Below, in pieces: positions 51,201-64,000 of a stretch of DNA of 64,000 nt. This stretch comes from Eledone cirrhosa (Eukaryota), in assembly GCA_964016885.1 (NCBI GenBank), contig OZ024740.1, positions 37,510,001 to 37,574,000 of the forward strand, given 5' to 3'. The notes under the pieces were generated by a model that worked only from the letters and a program-made list of their open reading frames with translations, searched no databases and was not told the DNA's origin. The position numbers were made by a program, and so were the translations under genes. Every line of letters starts with the position of its first letter. The first letter of the stretch is position 1.

Positions 51201-54200
51201 TATATAGAACACAGTGACCCCTGTTAAAGGTAGACATAGGACAGAATACATAGAACACAGTGACCCCTGCTAAATGTAAACATGTGACAGAATATATAGA
51301 ACACAGTGACCCCTGTTAAAGGTAGACATGTGACAGAATATATAGAACACAGTGACCCCTGTTAAATGTAGACATGTGACAGAATATATAGAACACAGTG
51401 ACCCCTGTTAAAGGTAGACATGTGACAGAATATATAGAACACAGTGACCCCTGTTAAAGGTAGACATGTGACAGAATATATAGAACACATAGACCCCTGT
51501 TAGAGGTAGACATGTGACAGAATATATAGAACACAGTGACCCCTGTTAAAGGTAGACATGTGACTGAATATATAGAACACCGTGACTCCTGTTAAAGGTA
51601 GACATGTGACAGAATATATAGAACACAGAGTCCCCTGTTAAAGGTAGACATGTGACAGAATATATAGAACACAGTGACCCCTGTTAAAGGTAGACATGTG
51701 ACAGAATATATAGAACACAGTGACCCCTGTTAAAGGTAGACATGTGACAGAATATATAGAACACAGTGACCCCTGTTAGAGGTAGACATGTGACAGAATA
51801 TATAGAACACAGTGACCCCTGTTACAGGTAGACATGTGACAGAATATATAGAACACAGTGACCCCTGTTAAAGGTAGACATGTGACAGAATATATAGAAC
51901 ACAGTGACCCCTGCTAAATGTAAACATGTGACAGAATATATAGAACACAGTGACCCCTGTTAAAGGTAGACATGTGACAGAATATATAGAACACAGTGAC
52001 CCCTGTTAAAGGTAGACATGTGACAGAATATATAGAACGCAGTGATCCCTGTTTAAGGTAGACATGTGACAGAATATATAGAACACAGTGATCCCTGTTT
52101 AAGGTAGACATGTGACAGAATATATAGAACACTGTGAACCCTGTTTAAGGTAGACATGTGACAGAATATATAGAATACAGTGACCCCTGTTAAATGTAGA
52201 CATGTGACAGAATATATAGTACACAGTGACCCCTGTTAAAGGTAGACATGTGACAGAATATATAGAACACTGTGAACCCTGTTTAAGTTAGACATGTGAC
52301 AGAATATATAGAACACAGTGACCCCTGTTTAAGGTAGCCATGTGACAGAATATATAGAACACAGTGACCCCTGTTTAAGGTAGACATGTGACAGAATATA
52401 TAGAACACTGTGACCCCTGTTAAAGATAGACATGTGATAGAATATATAGAACACAGTGACCCCTGTTAAAGGTAGACATAGGACAGAATATATAGAACAC
52501 AGTGACCCCTGTTAAAGGTAGACATAGGACAGAATATATAGAACACAGTGACCCCTGTTTAAGGTAGACATAGGACAGAATATATAGAACACAGTGACCC
52601 CTGTTTAAGGTAGACATGTGATAGAATATATAGAACACAGTGACCCCTGTTAAAGGTAGACATAGGACAGAATACATAGAACACAGTGACCCCTGCTAAA
52701 TGTAAACATGTGACAGAATATATAGAACACAGTGACCCCTGTTAAAGGTACACATGTGACAGAATATATAGAACACAGTGACCCCTGTTAAAGGTAGACA
52801 GGTGACAGAATATATAGAACACAGAGACCCCTGTTAGAGGTAGACATGTGACAGAATATATAGAACACAGTGACCCCTGTTAAAGGTAGACATGTGACAG
52901 AATATATAGAACACAGTGACCCCTGTTAAAGGTAGACATGTGACAGAATATATAGAACACAGTGACCCCTGTTAAAGGTAGACATGTGACAGAATATAGA
53001 GAACACAGTGACCCCTGTTAGAGGTAGACATGTGACAGAATATATAGAACACAGTGACCCCTGTTAAAGGTAGACATGTGACAGAATATATAGAACACAG
53101 TGACCCCTGTTAAATGTAGACATGTGACAGAATATATAGAACACAGTGACCCCCTGCTAAATGTAAACATGTGACAGAATATATAGAACACAGTGACCCC
53201 TGTTAAAGGTAGACATGTGACAGAATATACAGAACACAGTGACCCCTGTTAAAGCTAGACATGTGACAGAATATATAGAACACAGAGACCCCTGTTAGAA
53301 GTAGACATGTGACAGAATATATAGAACACAGTGACCCCTGTTAGAGGTAGACATGTGACAGAATATATAGAACACAGTGACCCCTGTTACAGGTAGACAT
53401 GTGACAGAATATATAGAACACAGTGACCCCTGTTAAAGGTAGACATGTGACAGAATATATAGAACACAGTGACCCCTGCTAAATGTAAACATGTGACAGA
53501 ATATATAGAACACAGTGACCCCTGTTAAAGGTAGACATGTGACAGAATATATAGAACACCGTGACCCCTGTTAAAGGTAGACATGTGACAGAATATATAG
53601 AACACAGAGTCCCCTGTTAAAGGTAGACATGTGACAGAATATAATGAACATAGACACCCCTGTTAAAGGTAGACATGTGACAGAACATATAGAACACAGT
53701 GACCCCTGTTAAAGGTAGACATGAGACAGAATATATAGAACACAGTGACCCCTGTTTAAGGTAGACATGTGACAGAATATATAGAACACAGTGATCCCTG
53801 TTTAAGGTAGACATGTGACAGAATATATAGAACACAGTGACCCCTGTTTAAGGTAGCCATGTGACAGAATATATTGAACACAGTGACCCCTGTTTAAGCT
53901 AGACGTATGACAGAATATATAGAACACTGTGAACCCTGTTTAAGTTAGACATGTGACAGAATATATAGAACACAGTGACCCCTGTTTAAGGTAGCCATGT
54001 GACATAATATATAGAACACAGTGACCCCTGTTTAAGGTAGACATGTGACAGAATATATAGTACAGAGTGACCCCTGTTAAAGGTAGACATGTGACAGAAT
54101 ATATAGAACACAGTGACCCCTGTTAAAGATAGACATAGGACAGAATATATAGAACACAGTGACCCCTGTTTAAGTTAAAGATAGGACAGATTATATAGAA

Positions 54201-57200
54201 CACGGTGACCCCTGTTAAAGGTAGACATGTGACAGAATATATAGAACACAGTGACCCCTGTTAAATATAGACATGTGACAGAATATATAGAACACAGTGA
54301 CCCCTGTTATAGGTAGACATGTAACAGAATATATAGAACACAGTGACCCCTGTTAAATGTAAACATGTGACAGAATATATAGAACACAGTGACCCCTGTT
54401 AAAGGTAGACATAGGACAGAATATATAGAACACAGTGACCCCTGTTTAAGGTAGACATAGGACAGAATATATAGAACACAGTGACCCCTGTTAAAGGTAG
54501 ACATAGGACAGAATATATAGAACACAGTGACCCCTGTTTAAGTTAGAGATAGCACAGAATATATAGAACACAGTGACCCCTGTTAAAGGTAGACATGTGC
54601 CAGAATATATAGAACACAGTGACCCCTGTTAAATGTAGACATGTGACAGAATATTTAGAACACAGTGACCCCTGTTAAAGGTAGACATGTGACAGAATAT
54701 ATAGAACACAGTGACCCCTGTTAAATGTAAACATGTGATAGAATATATAGAACACAGTGACCCCTGTTAAAGTTAGACATGTGACAAAATATATAGAACA
54801 CAGTGACCCCTGTTAAAGGTAGACATGTGACAGAATATAGAGAACACAGTGACCCCTGTTAGAGGTAGACATGTGACAGAATATATAGAACACAGTGACC
54901 CCTGTTTAAGGTAGACATAGGACTGAATATACAGAACACAGTGACCCTGTTTAAGGTAGACATAGGACAGAATATATAGAACACAGTGACCCCTGTGAAA
55001 GTTAGACATGTGACAGAATATATAGAACACAGTGACCCCTGTTAAAGGTAGACATGTGACAGAATATATAGAACACAGTGACCCCTGTTTAAGGTAGACA
55101 TAGGACAGAATATATAGAACACAGTGACCCCTGTTTAAGGTAGACATAGGACAGAATATATAGAACACAGTGACCACTGTTAAAGGTCGACATAGGACAG
55201 ATTATATAGAACACAGTGACCCCTGTTTAAGGTAGACATGTGACAGAAAATATAGAACACACTGACCCCTGTTAAAGGTAGACATGAGACACAATATATA
55301 GAACACAGTGACCCCTGTTAAAGGTAGACATGTGACAGAATATATAGAACACAGTGACCCCTGTTTAAGGTAGACATCGGACAGAATATATAGAACACTG
55401 TGAACCCTGTTTAAGGTAGACATGTGACAGAATATATAGAATACAGTGACCCCTGTTAAAGGTATACATGTGACAGAATATATAGAACACAGTGACCCCT
55501 GTTAAAGGTAGACATGTGACAGAAAATATAGAACACAGTGTCCCCTGTTTAAGGTAGACATGTGACAGAATATATAGAACACAGTGATCCCTGTTTAAGG
55601 TAGACATGTGACAGAATATATAGAACACCGTGACCCCTGTTAAAGGTAGACATACGACAGAATATATAGAACACAGTGACCCCTGTTTAAGTTAGAGATA
55701 GGACAGAATATATAGAACACAGTGACCCCTGTTAAAGGTAGACATGTGACAGAATATATAGAACACAGTGACCCCTGTTAAAGGTAGACATGTGACAGAA
55801 TATATAGAACACAGTGACCCCTGTTAAAGGTAGACGTAGGACAGAATATATAGAACACAGTGACCCCTGTTAAAGGTAGACATGTGACAGAATATATAGA
55901 ACACAGTGACCCCTGTTAAATGTAGACATGTGACAGAATATATAGAAGACAGTGACCCCTGTTTAAGGTAGACATGTGATAGAATATATAGAACACAGTG
56001 ACCCCTGTTAAAGGTAGACATAGGACAGAATACATAGAACACAGTGACCCCTGCTAAATGTAAACATGTGACAGAATATATAGAACACAGTGACCCCTGT
56101 TAAAGGTACACATGTGACAGAATATATAGAACACAGTGACCCATGTTAAAGGTAGACAGGTGACAGAATATATAGAACACAGAGACCCCTGTTAGAGGTA
56201 GACATGTGACAGAATATATAGAACACAGTGACCCCTGTTAAAGGTAGACATGTGACAGAATATATAGAACACAGTGACCCCTGTTAAAGGTAGACATGTG
56301 ACAGAATATATAGAACACAGTGACCCCTGTTAAAGGTAGACATGTGACAGAATATAGAGAACACAGTGACCCCTGTTAGAGGTAGACATGTGACAGAATA
56401 TATAGAACACAGTGACCCCTGTTAAAGGTAGACATGTGACAGAATATATAGAACACAGTGACCCCTGTTAAATGTAGACATGTGACAGAATATATAGAAC
56501 ACAGTGACCCCTGTTAAAGGTAGACATGTGACAGAATATATAGAACACAGTGACCCCTGTTAAAGGTAGACATGTGACAGAATATATAGAACACATAGAC
56601 CCCTGTTAGAGGTAGACATGTGACAGAATATATAGAACACAGTGACCCCTGTTAAAGGTAGACATGTGACTGAATATATAGAACACCGTGACTCCTGTTA
56701 AAGGTAGACATGTGACAGAATATATAGAACACAGAGTCCCCTGTTAAAGGTAGACATGTGACAGAATATATAGAACACAGTGACCCCTGTTAAAGGTAGA
56801 CATGTGACAGAATATATAGAACACAGTGACCCCTGTTAAAGGTAGACATGTGACAGAATATATAGAACACAGTGACCCCTGTTAGAGGTAGACATGTGAC
56901 AGAATATATAGAACACAGTGACCCCTGTTACAGGTAGACATGTGACAGAATATATAGAACACAGTGACCCCTGTTAAAGGTAGACATGTGACAGAATATA
57001 TAGAACACAGTGACCCCTGCTAAATGTAAACATGTGACAGAATATATAGAACACAGTGACCCCTGTTAAAGGTAGACATGTGACAGAATATATAGAACAC
57101 AGTGACCCCTGTTAAAGGTAGACATGTGACAGAATATATAGAACACAGTGACCCCTGTTAAAGGTAGACATGTGACAGAATATATAGAACACAGAGACCC

Positions 57201-60200
57201 CTGTTAGAGGTAGACATGTGACAGAATATATAGAACACAGTGACCCCTGTTAAAGGTAGACATGTGACAGAATATATAGAACACCGTGACCCCTGTTAAA
57301 GGTAGACATGTGACAGAATATATAGAACACAGAGTCCCCTGTTAAAGGTAGACATGTGACAGAATATATAGAACATAGACACCCCTGTTAAAGGTAGACA
57401 TGTGACAGAACATATAGAACACAGTGACCCCTGTTAAAGGTAGACATGAGACAGAATATATAGAACACAGTGACCCCTGTTTAAGGTAGACATGTGACAG
57501 AATATATAGAACGCAGTGATCCCTGTTTAAGGTAGACATGTGACAGAATATATAGAACACAGTGATCCCTGTTTAAGGTAGACATGTGACAGAATATATA
57601 GAACACTGTGAACCCTGTTTAAGGTAGACATGTGACAGAATATATAGAATACAGTGACCCCTGTTAAAGGTAGACATGTGACAGAATATATAGTACACAG
57701 TGACCCCTGTTAAAGGTAGACATGTGACAGAATATATAGAACACTGTGAACCCTGTTTAAGTTAGACATGTGACAGAATATATAGAACACAGTGACCCCT
57801 GTTTAAGGTAGCCATGTGACAGAATATATAGAACACAGTGACCCCTGTTTAAGGTAGACATGTGACAGAATATATAGAACACTGTGACCCCCGTTAAAGA
57901 TAGACATGTGATAGAATATATAGAACACAGTGACCCCTGTTAAAGGTAGACATAGGACAGAATATATAGAACACAGTGACCCCTGTTAAAGGTAGACATA
58001 GGACAGAATATATAGAACACAGTGACCCCTGTTTAAGGTAGACATAGGACAGAATATATAGAACACAGTGACCCCTGTTAAAGGTAGACATGTGACAGAA
58101 TATATAGAACACAGTGACCCCTGTTTAAGCTAGACGTATGACAGAATATATAGAACACAGTGACCCCTGTTTAAGGTAGACATAGGACAGAATATATAGA
58201 ACACAGTGACCCCTGTTTAAGGTAGACATGTGACAGAATATATAGAACACTGTGAACCCTGTTTAAGTTAGACATGTGACAGAATATATAGAACACAGTG
58301 ACCCCTGTTTAAGATAGACATAGGACAGAATATATAGAACACAGTGACCCCTGTTAAAGGTAGACATGTGACAGAATATATAGAACACAGTGACCCCTGT
58401 TTAAGGTAGACATGTGACAGAATATATAGAACACTGTGACCCCTGTTAAAGATAGACATGAGACAGAATATATAGAACACAGTGACCCCTGTTAAAGGTA
58501 GACATAGGACAGAATATATAGAACACAGTGACCCCTGTTAAAGGTAGACATAGGACAGAATATATAGAACACAGTGACCCCTGTTTAAGGTAGACATAGG
58601 ACAGAATATATAGAACACAGTGACCCCTGTTTAAGGTAGACATAGGACAGAATATATAGAACACAGAGACCCCTGTTAGAGGTAGACATGTGACAGAATA
58701 TATAGAACACAGTGACCCCTGTTAAAGGTAGACATGTGACAGAATATATAGAACACAGTGACCCCTGTTTAAGGTAGACATTTGACAGAATATATAGAAC
58801 ACAGTGACCTCTGTTTAAGATAGACATAGGACAGAATATATAGAACACAGTGACCCCTGTTTAAGGTAGACATAGGACAGAATATATAGAACACAGTGAC
58901 CCCTGTTAAAGGTCGACATAGGACAGATTATATAGAACACAGTGACCCCTGTTTAAGGTAGACATGTGACAGAATATATAGAACACAGTGACCCCTGTTA
59001 AAGGTAGACATAGGACAGAATACATAGAACACAGTGACCCCTGTTAAATGTAGACATGAGACAGAATATATAGAACACAGTGACCCCTGTTTAAGGTAGA
59101 CAGGTGACAGAATATTTAGAACACAGTGACCCCTGTTTAAGGAAGACATAGGACAGAATATATAGAACACATTGACCCCTGTTAAAGGTAGACATAGGAC
59201 AGAATATATAGAACACAGAGACCCCTGTTTAAGGTAGACATGTGACAGAATATATAGAACACAGTGACCCCTGTTAAAGGAAGACATAGGACAGAATATA
59301 TAGAACACAGTGACCCCTGTTAAAGGTAGAAAGGAGAGAGAATATATAGAACACAGTGACCCCTGTTAGAGGTAGACATGTGACAGAATATATAGAACAC
59401 AGTGACCCCTGTTTAAGGTAGACATGTGACAGAATATATAGAACACAGTGACCCCTGTTAAAGGAAGACATAGGACAGAATATATAGAACACAGTGACCC
59501 CTGTTAAAGGTAGAAAGGAGAGAGAATATATAGAACACAGTGACCCCTGTTAAAGGTAGACATGTGACAGAATATATAGAACACAGTGAGCACTGTTAAA
59601 GGAAGACATAGGACAGAATATATAGAACACAGTGACCCCTGTTAAAGGTAGACATGTGACAGAATATATAGAACACAGTGACCCCTGTTTAAGGTAGACA
59701 TGTGACAGAATATATAGAACACAGTGACCCCTGTTTAAGGTAGACGTAGGACAGAATACATAGAACACAGTGACCCCTGTTTAAGGTAGACATAAGACAG
59801 AATATATAGAACACATTGACCCCTGTTAAAGGTAGACATGTGATAGAATATATAGAACACAGTGACCCCTGTTAAATGTAGACATAGGACAGAATATATT
59901 GAACACAGTGGCCCCTGTTAAAGGTAGACATGTGACAGAATATATAGAACACAGTGACCCCTGTTTAAGGTAGACATGTAACAGAATATATAGAACACAG
60001 TGACCCCTGTTAAAGGTAGACATGTGACAGAATATGTAGAACACAGTGACCCCTGTTAAAGGTAGACATGTGACAGAATATATAGAACACAGTAGCCCCT
60101 GTTAAAGGTAGACATGTCACAGAATATATAGAACACAGTGACCCCTGTTAAAGATGGACATGTGATAGAATATATAGAACACAGTGACCCCTGTTAAATG

Positions 60201-63200
60201 TAGACATGTGACAGAATATATAGAACACAGAGACCCCTGTTAGAGGTAGACATGTGACAGAATATATAGAACACAGTGACCCCTGTTTAAGGTAGACATA
60301 AGACTGAATATACAGAACACAGTGACCCCTGTTTAAGGTAGACATAGGACAGAATATATAGAACACAGTGACCCCTGTTTAAGGTAGACATAGGACAGAA
60401 TATATAGAACACAGTGACCCCTGTTTAAGATAGAGATAGGACAGAATATATAGAACACAGTGACCCCTGTTAAAGGTAGACATGTGACAGAATATATAGA
60501 ACACAGTGACCCCTGTTAAATATAGACATGTGACAGAATATATAGAACACAGTGACCCCTGTTATAGGTAGACATGTGACAGAATATATAGAACACAGTG
60601 ACCCCTGTTTAAGGTAGACATAGGACTGAATATACAGAACACAGTGACCCTGTTTAAGGTAGACATAGGACAGAATATATAGAACACAGTGACCCCTGTG
60701 AAAGTTAGACATGTGACAGAATATATAGAACACAGTGACCCCTGTTAAAGGTAGACATAGGACAGAATATATAGAACACAGTGACCCCTGTTTAAGTTAG
60801 AGATAGGACAGAATATATAGAACACAGTAACCCCTGTTAAAGGTAGACATGTGACAGAATATATAGAACACAGTGACCCCTGTTAAATGTAGACATGTGA
60901 CAGAATATTTAGAACACAGTGACCCCTGTTAAAGGTAGACATGTGACAGAATATATAGAACACAGTGACCCCTGTTATAGGTAGACATGTGACAGAATAT
61001 ATAGAACACAGTGACCCCTGTTTAAGGTAGACATGTGACAGAATATATAGAACACAGTGACCACTGTTAAAGGTAGACATGTGACAGAATATATAGAACA
61101 CAGTGACCCCTGTTAAAGGTAGACAGGTGACAGAATATATAGAACACAGTGACCCCTGTTAGAGGTAGACATGTGACAGAATATATAGAACACAGTGAAC
61201 CCTGTTAAAGGTAGACATGTGACAGAATATATAGAACACAGTGACCCCTGTTAAAGGTAGACATATGACAGAATATATAGAACACAGTGACCCCTGTTAA
61301 AGGTAGACATGTGACAGAATATATAGAACACAGTGACCCCTGTTAGAGGTAGACATGTGACAGAATATATAGTACACAGTGACCCCTGTTAAAGGTAGAC
61401 ATGTGACAGAATATATAGAACACAGTGAACCCTGCTAAATGTAAACATGTGACAGAATATATAGAACACAGTGACCCCTGTTAAAGGTAGACATGTGACA
61501 GAATATATAGAACACAGTGACCCCTGTTAAAGGTAGACATGTGACAGAATATATAGAACACAGAGACCCCTGTTAGAGGTAGACATGTGACAGAATATAT
61601 AGAACACAGTGACCCCTGTTAAAGGTAGACATGTGACAGAATATATAGAACACAGTGACCCCTGCTAAATGTGAACACGTGACAGAATATATAGAACACA
61701 GAGACCCCTGTTAGAGGTAGACATGTGACAGAATATATAGAACACAATGACCCCTGTTAAAGGTAGACAGGTGACAGAATATATAGAACACAGAGACCCC
61801 TGTTAGAGGTAGACATGTGACAGAATATATAGAACACAGTGACCCCTGTTAAAGGTAGACATGTGACAGAATATATAGAACACAGTGACCCCTGTTAAAG
61901 GTAGACATGTGACAGAATATATAGAACACAGTGACCCCTGTTAAAGGTAGACATGTGACAGAATATAGAGAACACAGTGACCCCTGTTAGAGGTAGACAT
62001 GTGACAGAATATATAGAACACAGTGACCCCTGTTAAAGGTAGACATGTGACAGAATATATAGAACACAGTGACCCCTGTTTAAGGTAGACATGTGATAGA
62101 ATATATAGAACACAGTGACCCCTGTTAAAGGTAGACATAGGACAGAATATATAGAACACAGTGACCCCTGTTAAATGTAGACATGTGACAGAATATATAG
62201 AACACAGTGACCCCTGTTTAAGGTAGACATGTGATAGAATATATAGAACACAGTGACCCCTGTTAAAGTTAGACATAGGACAGAATATATAGAACACAGT
62301 GACTCCTGCTAAATGTAAACATGTGACAGAATATATAGAACACAGTGACCCCTGTTAAAGGTAGACATGTGACAGAATATATAGAACACAGTGACCCCTG
62401 TTAGAGGTAGACATGTGACAGAATATATAGAACACAGTGACCCCTGTTAAAGGCAGACATGTGACAGAATATATAGAACACAGTGACCCCTGTTAAAGGT
62501 AGACATGTGACAGAATATATAGAACACAGTGACCCCTGTTAGAGGTAGACATGTGACAGAATATATAGAACACAGTGACCCCTGTTTAAGGTAGACATGT
62601 GACAGAATATATAGAACACAGAGTCCCCTGTTAAAGGTAGACATGTGACAGAATATATAGAACACAGAGACCCCTGTTAAAGGTAGACATGTGACAGAAT
62701 ATATAGAACACAGTGACCCCTGTTAAAGGTAGACATGTGACAGAATATATAGAACACAGAGTCCCCTGTTAAAGGTAGACATGTGACAGAATATATAGAA
62801 CACAGTGACCCCTGTTAAAGGTAGACATGAGACAGAATATATAGAACACAGTGACCCCTGTTTAAGGTAGACATGTGACAGAATATACAGAACACAGTGA
62901 TCCCTGTTTAAGGTAGACATCGGACAGAATATATAGAACACAGTGACCCCTGTTAAATGTAGACAAGTGACAGAATATATAGAACACAGTGACCCCTGTT
63001 TAAGGTAGACATGTGACAGAATATATAGAACACTGTGAACCCTGTTTAAGGTAAACATGTGTCAGAATATATAGAATACATTGACCCCTGTTAAAGGTAG
63101 AAATGTGACAGAAAATATAGAACACAGTGACCCCTGTTTAAGGTAGCCATGTGACAGAATATATAGAACACAATGACCCCTGTTTAAGGTAGACATATGA

Positions 63201-64000
63201 CAGAATATATAGAACACTGTGAACCCTGTTTAAGTTAGACATGTGACAGAATATATAGAACACAGTGACCCCTGTTTAAGGTAGCCATGTGCCAGAATAT
63301 ATAGAACACAGTGACCCCTGTTTAAGGTAGACATGAGACAGAATATATAGAACACAGTGAACCCTGTTTAAGGTAGACATAGGACAGAATATATAGAACA
63401 CAGTGACCCCTGTTAAAGGTAGACATAGGACAGAATATATAGAACACAGTGACCCCTGTTAAAGGTAGACATGTGACAGAATATATAGAACACAGTGAAC
63501 CCTGTTTAAGGTAGACATAGGACAGAATATATAGAACACAGTGACCCCTGTTTAAGGAAGACATAGGACAGAATATATAGAACACATTGACCCCTGTTAA
63601 AGGTAGACATAGGACAGAATATATAGAACACAGAGACCCCTGTTTAAGGTAGACATGTGACAGAATATATAGAACACAGTGACCCCTGTTAAAGGAAGAC
63701 ATAGGACAGAATATATAGAACACAGTGACCCCTGTTAAAGGTAGAAAGGAGAGAGAATATATAGAACACAGTGACCCCTGTTAGAGGTAGACATGTGACA
63801 GAATATATAGAACACAGTGACCCCTGTTTAAGGTAGACATGTGACAGAATATATAGAACACAGTGACCCCTGTTAAAGGAAGACATAGGACAGAATATAT
63901 AGAACACAGTGACCCCTGTTAAAGGTAGAAAGGAGAGAGAATATATAGAACACAGTGACCCCTGTTAAAGGTAGACATGTGACAGAATATATAGAACACA
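21243..64000. repeat. 46-bp tandem satellite array, ~930 monomers, continues beyond the window
   Basis: Consensus GAACACAGTGACCCCTGTTAAAGGTAGACATGTGACAGAATATATA, head-to-tail in one orientation with no foreign insertion seen. Monomers typically differ from consensus by 0-4 substitutions and indels are very rare. Confidence 0.99.

Noticed and set aside
21646-63907. Many minus-strand ORFs (MFYIFCHMSTFNRGHCVLYILSHVYL...)
   Set aside because: The unit length is not a multiple of 3. The minus-strand trimer frame has one stop that the common TTAAA-to-TTTAA variant removes, which produces 65-164 aa ORFs by chance. There is no sign of frame maintenance.
21243-64000. CRISPR array
   Set aside because: The monomers are contiguous with no unique spacers, there are no cas genes, and the context is eukaryotic.

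Overview
No host protein-coding gene can be supported. The window is AT-rich eukaryotic DNA. Its mix of (TA)n/(CA)n microsatellites, RTE LINEs with (ATG)n tails, tRNA-derived SINEs and Penelope-like elements suggests a coleoid cephalopod such as an octopus (inference only). Positions 1-21.2 kb are transposon debris: RTE, Penelope GIY-YIG and CRE-type retrotransposon fragments, SINEs, four co-oriented TTAA piggyBac-like MITEs, two hAT-like non-autonomous elements, five to six unrelated minisatellites, a three-copy hairpin element family and three long near-perfect palindromes set in TA tracts. Positions ~21.24-64 kb are one uninterrupted 46-bp satellite (~930 monomers, consensus GAACACAGTGACCCCTGTTAAAGGTAGACATGTGACAGAATATATA) that runs off the window. 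It has a readable higher-order structure: an 11-mer inside a duplicated 53-mer, a ~111-124-mer period marked by rare indel monomers, and matching blocks ~30 kb apart flanking a homogeneous core. The best candidates for something undescribed are this layered satellite and the fold-back palindromes. I found no convincing new gene system. Coordinates were read by eye and edges are approximate.
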